DNA from: Entomortierella parvispora E1425
Lineage: Eukaryota > Fungi > Mortierellomycota
NCBI GenBank assembly: GCA_020891255.1
Contig: BQFW01000011.1
Span: 1,240,001 to 1,304,000 of the forward strand
Length of the DNA: 64,000 nt
Reading direction: 5' to 3'
Made by a program: the position numbers and the translations under genes. Positions 12,301 to 22,751 of the stretch are shown piece by piece; position 1 is the stretch's first letter, and each line of letters opens with the position of its first letter. The notes under the pieces were generated by a model that did not search any database, was not told the DNA's origin, and was given only the letters and a program-made list of their open reading frames with translations.

Positions 12301-13447
12301 GGCCTATTGTCATGGGAGGTAATGGATTACTCTGTTATGGTCAATAACGTTTGAAAATGATGAGCCAGTCAACTGTAGCAGCAGCATTCTATTACCACCC
12401 AGTGCCTCTGATAGCGGCCATATGTTGCCTGGGTACTCTTGGCCTGTTGTTGTTTGCCTTGGCGAGCAGCTTGCTGCAGTGCGGAGATCTCCATGTCTGC
12501 GAGTTGTTGGTCGAAGTCTTGATCGTCTAAATAATCTCGACGAGCGGCAACGTCCTCTGTTCCTTGCATGAGTGGGTCATCGCTAGCATCCAGCTCTTGA
12601 TCGGCGATAAACTGAACAGGTCCATCATCAACCTCCAACTGGGCCCGCTCCTCGTCCTCCGCTCTTTCACGGTCAATTTCTTGCTGGGACCGCATGATTT
12701 CTTCTGGCAATGATTCTCGGGAGGACTGAGTCAGCTTGGCCACAGCCAAACGCTTTTTGGTCTCCATCTTCCTCAATTCCCTAGTCTGGTCATCTTCCTC
12801 GTCATATTCCGAGTCAGAGGATCCATCGCTCTCGTAGTCACTGCCATGGGCCTCGGATGTCCTCAAATCCAACTCCCCCTGTGAATACACAAGCTCTGCT
12901 CCACCAAAGATATCATCCATGCAGTCTCGGTGAGGTCTCTGCGTCATATGCGCTTTTGGTAACCGCGAGCTAGCTTCTCCTTCCGACAGATCGCTAGAGT
13001 CTTGTGGGATAGCACGCTCTTTCCCCTTGGAGGCGCTATATGACAGGTCTCTGTCATTATTTTGCTGATTTCTGGGGCCACGTTTCTTGCCTTTGTCGCT
13101 CCTGGATTTTCTCTTTTGAGGAACAGCATTGCTTGCACTCGAACCAGCTTGCGCTCTTTCGTTTTGGTTCTCGTTCATTTCACCCTGTTCAGATAGTGGT
13201 AATGCATATGCTGATGAAGATGACCCTGAGGAGCTAGATCCCGAAGTCGCATGAACTTCATTAGACACCAAAGAAAGCGAATGAACATCCAATCCTTCTT
13301 TCGCTATGCAGCCATGTTTTCCATGCTAAAGCAGACAGTGCGACAATGTGCAAACATACCCAGCGCATGAAGAGCAGTTGTTGTCGCATTGAAGTCTACA
13401 TTGGGTTGGGTTGTCCTTGCCGCCCAATGGCTCTGGGAACTGAACAT
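9322..13447 (-). CDS. Crypton tyrosine recombinase with C-terminal GCR1_C-like DNA-binding domain, about 1290 aa (exons 13447-13360 tentative, 13303-12396, 12303-11569, 11469-9322)
   Basis: Three track ORFs join in frame through GT-AG introns. N-domain TQATYGRYQRHWVAWCKRMGY; catalytic-type motifs MMSRGENLR (R), RGKTN (K), LHGHRGSG (HxxR), HGRW (W), THYLS (Y); C-terminal DLDEIWRRWFRG...PIWQLDVSFGKDWR. Confidence 0.88.
9787..9932 (-). repeat. Compound coding microsatellite (CCA)n/(CAACCG)n/(CAG,CAA)n giving poly-Pro, Pro-Gln and poly-Gln tracts
   Basis: Visible GGT, GGTTGC and GCT/GTT runs on the plus strand inside Crypton exon 4. Confidence 0.9.
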
Positions 13448-16400
13448 GCAATCTTCCCTCGTTTGGAGATGAAACGTTGGCTAATGGTTGTCCAGCGTGG
13501 GAAAAAATAGTGAGCAGTCGGTAGGGATAGTTTGGCGAAGGAGGGGGAAGAAAGGAAAGAAACGAGGCGCTCTGGATCTTGAGAATTAGAGTGAGTAAGA
13601 AGGAAGGGTGTTAAGAATGGTTGAATGGTTCGCGGAAAGCATGCAGCGTGCAATGCAGTCGCGCCACCAACTCCAACATAAAAAGCCCAGCCCAAAACCC
13701 CTTAAAAGACTTAACTACCCTGTCCCTCGCCCCGATGCGATTTTCGCCTTCACGGTGTTCACGCACAGAGTGACTTTTCTTAGTTTTTTTTTACTTTAAG
13801 CCACCAATTGAATTGACCTTGTGAAACTGTGTTCACGTTAGACCAATACAGTACCACATCGACCGAAAGAGTCAAGTCACCCTTTTTTTTGTGACCAAAG
13901 CACCATTAACCATGAGTTTGTTTTCTTCAATTGCTTGTTCCTGCGTCGTCTTGTGAAGATGACCCTTTGTGTTCGTCCTCCCCCAGAACCGAGAGACTTC
14001 AAAGTTCTAATTAACGAGAAAAAAAAAGAAAACGGAGGCAATGGCTGTGCCATCCATCGAAAAATAATACTGTAATAAAAAAAAAAGGCAGGCGAGCTCT
14101 TCCTCCACCTCGGCTGAGGAAATTCAAAATACAACTTTCCTGGACAGGCCACAATAAAAATACATGGCCATTCCCCCCCCCCCCCGAGATCGATGAGCAG
14201 TGGTGTCGTGGTTAGATCGTCAGTGGGTAGCCTCGACGAGATAGAGAGCGTTGGGGGGTGGCGGAAGGATGCACCTTTGGATGAGCGACTCCAGGCATTG
14301 ATTGGGCAATGATCAAGTGGTCGATAACAAAAACAAAAAAATAGAAGCGGGCTAGCACTCTGCTGGAAAAAAAAAAGAGGCCGAGGTTCAACCACAGGTG
14401 GAGAAAAGTGAAGGGAAACAGTTCTACCTCGTCCTTACTGTGGCTGTTGCTTCCTCTCAACGGCACTGGAGGACTCTGTTCTCCTTCGACTCTCGTTCCT
14501 CCCCCCGCTTGCACCCCCTTTTCTTTTGTTGTTTCCTTCTCCACAATTCCTCTCAGTCATAAATTTTGTTGTTGTCACTTCAGGCGCTCGCTCAATCTTT
14601 TCTCCAGTAAGAAGGGAGGACAATCGACCATCCCTTGTTTTTTCCTGTGTAAAGTGAATAGTGAGTTCAAAAATGGGAGCTGTTCAGGCCTCCTTGCCTT
14701 TCGAGTCACCAGACTGGAGGTGGTTGCAACTTGGGTGAGGCTTGGTACATGTTCCTTTCTCTTTCTCCAGGCTTCGCAAGGTTCATTGCCTCCTACCTTT
14801 CTGGTTTCCGGTTTATCTTGCTATGCTTCACACCATGGAGCCCCCGCATGCAAAAAAAAACGAACGAGCTTGTCCCGTTGACATATGTTCGACCCGACAG
14901 ATAACTGATTTCTGTTTTGTCCTTTCGTCTACTGCTCTTGGGCGAACAAAAATAAATGGGCGACCTTTTTCACGTTTGTGTGCAACAAACAATAGACCAT
15001 GGGAGGAAGAGCCGGCTCGTAAACAAGTTTTTATTTTTCCTCCTTGTTTTACTGTCTTTGCGCGCTTTGGGCTACAATATTGTTCCCTCTTTTTTTTGTG
15101 TTCAGGGCGTGGGTTCATATCATTACGTCCTTGCATGCGGTACAGGTCACCCTGAAAGAGTTGTTCGTGTAGCCACAAAAAGGCGGAATGGTGCATTCAG
15201 CGCGTAGAGCATGTTTGTAACAGCGACAGGAAATGATGTTCCAGGGCTTGTTTGTATTAGGGCGGTTTGCTTTGTTTGTGTGCATTGTGCAAAGGGACAT
15301 CTGTTCAGGTACCATCGAAAAAACGTGCATGGGGGAGGGGGGATGAATCTAAGGTGGGAAAGCGGACAGATCATTCCTGATTGAGGGACAGGGAGGCAGG
15401 GAGTGGGTAAGAATGTGTCGTTGGGTACCTTTCTGCGGAATGACATGTTGCCCATAGAAGGCGATACGGATTACAGTACCGGTACAAGCAGAAGGGGATT
15501 GGCAACCTTTTTGGAGCGGAAAAGAAAGTTTTTCTTCTGACGGACAAGATGTAATTGCTCCTGCGAGAGTTGAGATCATTGTAGCGTGATGGGCCGTTGC
15601 GCATTTTTTTTATATCTTCTCTCCGTCGAGAGTTGCAGCAGATGGTGATGGTCGGAAGAGGTAGCATGACCTTGACTTTTCCTCTGCATCCTCAACGGAT
15701 CCCCTCCTGGTAGCCAAGGGTGAAGTTGGGAACCACGACTTTGTGGTCGATGAATTGCACATGTCACCTTTAACCCAAAAGACACCTGGCAACAAGTAGC
15801 AAGCGTGTGATCCAATGTAACCCGCGAGTAAGAATAGCCTACCAGGGGCAGGAACGAGCAAAACAACCAACGTTTGAAGCGAAGCTTCTGAATGGCCAAC
15901 TCTTTCTTCGGTACCTTGGATACCACCACGATGATAAAGCGGAACAACAACAACAATAACAGGCACATCCTGACAACAGCAGAGGCAACGCAGTCAATCC
16001 GACGAGTCGCCGCTGTGGTCGCTCTGAACTTTTTCTCAGCTGTTGCTTTTATTTCGGCTTATTCAATTCGCCAAAGTGCTTGCCAATGTAATGAAATAAA
16101 AAGTAAACCCAAACGGTCTCCATTCAATCCCGATCTGTGTCATTCAGTCCCTTCTCTCGACACGCTGTCATGCTCTGCTCTCAAGAGTTGCAACCTGTCT
16201 GTGCCATCAGGGCCATTTCCCTTTCTCGCTGTCATCATCACACTGTGGCTCTCATTGCTGCCTGCCATTGAATACTTTACGGTCCGTCTACCAATTCAAC
16301 CAACCCTATCCATCATTATACTTTGTGCCGTGGCCCTCACAGGGGTCTCTGGGTCCATTTTGGTCCATTCGATTTCCTGCTCCGCTTCTGTCGCCTTCGG

Positions 16401-16814
16401 CCTTCCTCTCGCTCCACTCGCGCCTCCACCTACTTCCCCTCTACCTCTCTTCCCCCCCACGGCTCTCGGACAGTGGCCTTCTTTCTCCACCTCCACTATT
16501 TAAATCCCCTGCTCCTCCCACATCGGAGTCCTCTTTTCTCTTCCCTTGTCGCTTGTCTCCTTCCCTTCCTTTGTTGCTGCTGTTGTCACCTCTCTTGTCC
16601 CTTCGGTCCCACTGCACACTCCAAAACACAACGATCCCTATCCTCTCCCTCTCAACATACCCTTGACCACCCATCTCCACGACAGGCAGCCCTAAGACAC
16701 GACCCTCCCCCTCACCCACCCTTCCTCTTATACCTCGCCTACCTCTTCCTCCTAGCACCCACTCTTCCTAATCCACTCGCTCCATCAGTACATTTATATC
16801 CACCTCTTTTTACA

Positions 16815-19800
16815 ATGGCAACACACAACGGTACTCCCTCTACGGAGGTTGAGAACCTGCCTTATGATGAACGCGATGAAGACTACCAAGAGTTTGAAGA
16901 ATACGACGAGGTCACAAAGCCCCAGACTCGCCCTTTTTATAAGAGGCGCAAGTACTGGATCTTTTGTGCCATCATGACTGTGATCATTGTCGCAGTCGCG
17001 GTCCCTATCGCGCTTTTCGTGATCTTGCCCAAGATCGCCCAGACGATCTTGAACAAGAGTAGCATGTCCTTCAACAGCATCCAAATCACAAATCCTACCA
17101 ACTCGAGCATGACCATGGCTATGGATGGCAAGTTGGGCAACACAGGTCCTTTCTCGGCCACGATCGTTTTCCCTCAACCTATCGATGTCTACTACAATGA
17201 CACCTTGCTGGGATCCATGATGTTGCCCGACACCAAGGTCAGCGGAGGAAGCGGCAGCCTCATCGCTGGCTCTTCCTTCAGCATCAACGACCAGGCTGCC
17301 TTTGGTGCCTTTTCCGCTGATATGGTAAGCCATTCTTCTCTTCTGGCAGAAAAAAAACCAAAAAAAAAAAAAAAACAGACAAACATTATGTGTCGTTTGA
17401 TTTCGCTCTTTACTCACACAAGAAAACGCGTCGTTCTTATTTCCTCATGTTATAGATGAACAATGCTGAGTTCACCTGGGTCTTGAAGTCCCAGATTACC
17501 CTCAAGGCTCTTGGCCGCACAGTCAACAACTTGAGCCTCAACAAGGCCCTTGTTGTCAAGGGTATGGGTGGTTTCCCCGATGTCAAGATTCTCAAGTTTG
17601 ATCTTCCATCGGATGCTGCGCCTGGCCAGGGTATTAACCTGGTCATCGACACTCAGATGAACAACCCTTCGCCCATCGGAGTCACCCTCGGAACCCTTGT
17701 CCTCGACATTGCTTTCAACGGCACCCAGCTGGGTCAAGTCACGGCCACTGATGCCTCCATCACCGGAGGTGCTCCTTCCATCCTGAACTTGACCGGAACC
17801 ATGGTTCCTCAGACGACGCCAGAAGGCCTTGCCACTCTCAGGTATGTTTCTATTTTTTATTTTTTCGTTTTTCTGGAGCTTTAGTGACTGACCTGACCGT
17901 CTGTTCATGTCCATTAGCGCCTTGTTCTCTGCCTACATTGGTGGTAACAACTCGATCACCACTGCCCGTGGTGTTTCTGTCTTGCCCGATGGTGTCAACG
18001 AGGTTGGCTGGCTCTCGGCCGGTCTCAAGTCCATGGTCCTCAATGTCGGTCTCCAGGCTCCTGGCCCCTTGAGCATCATCAAGTCCATCAGTCTCGGAGC
18101 CATGGGTATGAACTGGACCAACACCGATGCCTACGCTCCTCTTGCCAACTCGCCCGGTGTCGTGGCTGGTTTCCAGATGCCTTTTGGATTCAGCATCAAC
18201 GTCACCCAGGTCCAGAACAACATGGCCGTCATTTACAACAACAAGACCATCGCCAACCTCAATTCTGCAGAGTGGGGACCTGCTGTCACCACCAGTGGTG
18301 CCAATGGCACTGCCATCAACTTTGCTCTGCCTCCTACTCCTTTCGCCATCCTCCCTGACTGCCACCCCGACTTTGATAGCTTTGTCAACGAGTTGACTGT
18401 TGGCTCTAGCCAGGCTTTTGGCGTCTCTGGTACTGCCGGCACTGTTGCCTTGACACCCGTGGGTGAGGTTCGCATCACTGGCATCCCCTTCACGTCGGAT
18501 GTCTCCTTGGCCGGTCTTCAGGGTCTTAAGACTCAGCCCACTGTCATCAACAGCTTGGAGGTCATTGGTGGTCTCCCCACTGGTCTCCAGATTGCCTTGA
18601 ACTTGACCATGGTCAACCCCAGTGAGCTTTCGATCGACACTGGTGTTGGTGACACTGCTGTTGTCACCTTCACCATGGAGTACGAGGGCGACAACGTCGG
18701 AACGGTCATCTTCCCCACTTTGGATCTCGTCCCTGGTCAGAACATCCGCACTGCTGGTGCTCTTTTCACTCCCACCGGCACTGCTGGAGGTCAGGCACTC
18801 TTGCAGCAGTACATGACCAACCAGGTCTCGACTGTCAGCATCTTTGGTTCCAACTCTTCCTCTGGTATTGCTCCCTTGGCTGCCGGTTTGAAGGATATCC
18901 AGCTCCAGTCCAACATGCCCGGCAACCCTGCCCAGCTCCTCTTGGGCACTTCCTTGACCATCCTCGACAACACTGGCGTGACCGGTGTTGCCATGGCCTC
19001 GGTCACTGTTAACAACCCCTTCGGTACCGGTTTGACCATCAAGTCCATCAAGTCCACCGTCAACTACAACGGACGCGCTCTTGGTTCCATTGATCTTCCT
19101 TCGACCACCATCTCTGTTGGCGCCATGACCCAGCAGGCCTCCCAGCCCTTGCCCTTGACCATGAACTTGGCCATTGACTCACTCATCAGCTTGATGGTCG
19201 ACCAGGCCAAGGTCAACAACTTGAACGCCGCCCCTATTGAGGCTCTCGGACAAATGGCCAGCGACCCCACGGTCCAGATCCCTTCCTCGGTCTTTGCTGG
19301 TTTCAACCTTCCCACCTTTGTCACCGCTGCCATGCAGAACCTCAAGGTCGATGTTACCATGACCGTCGATGTCCTCGTCGGCGAGTATGCCACCTCTTTG
19401 ACCTTGACCCAGAACGGTGTCCCCACCGCCACTGATGACACCATCTTGAAGCTTCTTCCCATTGTCGGAACCCCCATTGCCCAGTCGATCGTCAACTTGG
19501 CCACCATGAGCTTCTCCAGCGTCATGATTAACAGCCCTGCTGAGACTGACTTTACCACCAACATCAATGGTTTGATTGCCAACACTGGTCCATTCGATGC
19601 CGACATCACCTTCCCCAGCGGCTCGACTGTTTCCTGGGTCAACGGTGGTTCCACCTCTTCCATTGGTTTGATCTCCATGCCTACTGTGTCTGCCACGGCC
19701 GATGTCGGTGCCGTTCTTCAGTTGGTCGACGTGCCCTTCCACGTCACCAGCAGTGCCAACATGGGTGCCTTTGTCGGTTACTCTCTCCAGGCCGAGTCCT

Positions 19801-21965
19801 TTGATTGGGAAGTCAGTGCCACGAACATGACTGTCATTGCCATGGGCGCCCCCATCCCCGGCATCAGCATGAACAAGACTGTCACTCTCAAGGGTTTCAA
19901 CGGTCTCAAGGGTCTCGTCATCAGCAAGTACGACTTGCCCTCAAACGATCCCGATGGTATCCACTTGGTCTTGAACGCCACTCTCCCCAACCCCTCCAAC
20001 GTTGGTATTGATATGGGTACCGTCCAGTTCACCAACATCTTTGAGGGCCAGAACGTTGGCTTTGTCCAGACTGTCGGCCTCAGCCTTCAGCCCAACGCCG
20101 AGACCCCCGTCTCCATGGAGGGTACCTTGACCAAGCAGACGACCGAGGCCGGCCTCAACGCTCTCGGTGACATGTTCCGTCTTGCCTTGAACGGTGGTAG
20201 CCCCAACTTGATTGTCAAGGGAGAGTCCGTGACCCCTGCCAGTGGACCCGTCTCCTGGTTGACCTCTGCCTTCTCCACCTTGACCATGAACGTCTCCCTT
20301 CCCAGTCTCGGCAAGATCAATATTATCACTGGCATCTCCCTCAAGAACATGACCTTGGACTTTACTGGCCCCAACCCTTACTCTGTCATGACCTCTTCCT
20401 CTGACATTGAGGCCACGTACTACATTCCCTTCTCCTTCCCCTTGAGCATCACTCAGGTCGCTGAGAACATGAACATCCAGTTGCCTCAGGGCAGCAACGT
20501 CGCCAACTTGCAGTTGCCTCTCGGAGCCGCTACCACCGTCAGCCAGGGTCTCCTCCAGACTACCTACGAGAACCAGCCCTTGAACGTCAATGACGATGCT
20601 CATGCCATGTTTGATGCCTTCTCCAAGGTTTTGACGACTGGCCCAGCGGTCGATTTCTACCTCGCTGGTACGGCCGACACGGTTGCTGAGACGGCCGCCG
20701 GAGCCATTACCATCCCCGGCATTGCCGTCTCTGTCCCCTCCAACTTGACCGGTATGAACCTCAACGCCGGTGGTGCTAGCATCACCAATGTCACCATCAC
20801 CGGAGGCACGTCCGAGTACCTCGTGATCAACCAGAACGTCGTTCTTCAGAACCCCTCTGGCTTGACGGTCAAGGTCGGTCAGGTCTCGTTCGATGTGGGT
20901 TATGCGGGCAATGCCATGGGTAAGGCCGTCGTCGCCAACATGGTCCTCGTCCCCGGCACCAACACCCTCCCCGCTGTCTTTGAATTGGCCCCTACCAACA
21001 CTCAGGTCCGTGATGCCTTCTTGAGCGGTTACATTGCCGGTGCCACTTTCACCCTCAATATTGCCGGTGCTTCCGATTCGACCACGGTCACCTCCCTCCA
21101 GGAGGCCATGGCTTCCGTCGCGATGCAGTCCTCTATCACCGGTGTGGCCGATGTGTTGATTCCAGAGGGATCCCACGCCGAGCCTGGTCTGTTGAACATG
21201 TTGCAGTTGACCCAGCCTCGTACTACCCCCGTCCAGGTCATGATGTACAACCCCTTCGATGCTGAGCTCTACATCCAGAGCATGTCTGCCAACTGTGTGT
21301 GGGAAGGAAACAACTTTGGTGTGGTCGACCAGGCCGTTGGCCTCACGATCCCCCCCAAGTCCTCGGTCTTGTCGCCTTCGGTGACCATGACCTCTCCTGC
21401 TGGTTTGGATTTCTTGAGTATTCTCTTCCCCTTCATGTTGACCTACCCCTCGTTGCTCATCGGCGATGTCGTTCCAGTGCCTTTCCAGATCAACTCGACA
21501 ATTGTTGCCTTGGTCGGCGGTCCTAACGGCTACCTCGGTAACGTCGAATACAACCAGGCGAGCGCCATCTTTAACGTCCAGGTCGGTGGAGATGTGCCTC
21601 AGAGTGCCTTGCCCACGACTTCGTCCTCGGCCACGGCCACGGGCTCTGCTTCGACCTCGATCGCTGCTTCTGCTGTGCCCTCGGCCACGGCTCCCGCCAC
21701 CACCGAGGCTGCTGCCACGACGACTGAGGCGGCTGCAACCACGACCGCGCATGCTTCGGCCGAGCCCACGACCTCGTCGACGCCCGAGAAGTCTGCCTCG
21801 GCGGCCCCTCTTGCCAAGCGTCAGTCCACCTCGACCTCGACCGGCGTGACGGATGGCTCTGCCCCTGCCAGCATGGACCCTGATGTTGTGGAGGCCTGGC
21901 TCAAGGCTGTGATCAACAACCTGGCCGTTCAGGAAGGTCTTGCTGCTCCTTACCCTGTTGTCTAA
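16815..21965 (+). CDS. Large type II membrane protein with tandem DUF3712/LEA_2-like repeats (Tag1-like); exons 16815-17324, 17456-17841, 17918-21965
   Basis: N-terminal acidic tail, RPFYKRRKYW followed by one TM helix, then recurring NPFGxxLxI, NPSNVGIDMG, NTGPFxAxI and KxVTLKGFNGL motifs typical of DUF3712 proteins; splice sites keep frame. Confidence 0.88.
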
Positions 21966-22751
21966 AAAAAAAAAAAAAACAAGAACAAAGAAAGAAAAAA
22001 AGAAAGGCAGATGAAGGGGGAATGGGGAAGGGTGTTTTCCTCCCCCCTCTCCCCTCATAGTAATAGAGTCTTTCTCATTTTTCTTGACTTTGTCTTTGAC
22101 CTCTCTTCACTTGGCCCCTCCTCCTCTTTTTTTTTGCTTCTGATCCTTTTCTTTTTTTCTTTTTGGGTGATGATTCTCCTCCATCCTTCTCTTGACAACA
22201 AATCGTTCTCTCTTCTTTTTTTTTCTAGCCTTGTTATTTATCGTCATGTATACCCCTCCCCACCGTCCTCCTCTTCCTCCTCCCCTTGTACAGTAATTTT
22301 AATGATATGATTCTGTCGTTCCATTCTCCGCTTTTCCCTAAAAGACAATATCTGCACTCAGTTTTGAAATCGACCCAGAAATAAAAAAAAGTAATGACAA
22401 TTGAAGACGTTAAACCAGCATTGAGTTTTTGTAAGCGATTGAGCTACGGTAGTCTAGTCGATGTTGTTGTACCGGTAGGAGCTCAAACATCTTGAGGACA
22501 CGACTGGACGTCCTTGTTTTTTTAACCAGTTCAATTGAAAAAAAAAAAAAAAAAAAAGTTGCGGTGATTTATTTTTGGGGAGAGAACGAGCAAGAAGGTC
22601 CCCCCCTCAAGAGTACGCTAGACAGGATGGAGAAACAAGAGCCAACATCAGAACCCAGAATCCCCCAGGACTCCAAAAACTCTCCGGGCCTGAGCAATTA
22701 GCCTATTCTGAAGACACTATTTTCTCGCCTTTAAAAACATCCTTGTTTTTT

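Larger units (their letters stand above)
9264..13718 (-). mobile_element. Crypton-type (CryptonF-like) tyrosine-recombinase DNA transposon; boundaries tentative
   Basis: Encodes a YR/Ndc10-like domain plus a GCR1_C-like domain, the CryptonF architecture. Sits between ordinary host genes. Inverted 10-mers GTAGTTAAGT (9264-9273) and ACTTAACTAC (13709-13718) flank the ORF. Confidence 0.75.

Noticed and set aside
1-13718. Starship-like giant element with the YR gene as captain carrying cargo
   Set aside because: The recombinase is Crypton/Ndc10-type rather than DUF3435-type, and downstream genes (RPL16, SHB17-like) are ordinary housekeeping genes.
19941-22058. 705-aa minus-strand ORF overlapping the DUF3712 gene
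   Set aside because: Antisense shadow of a strongly codon-biased sense gene; composition is the typical G/D/H/V-rich mirror with no motifs.
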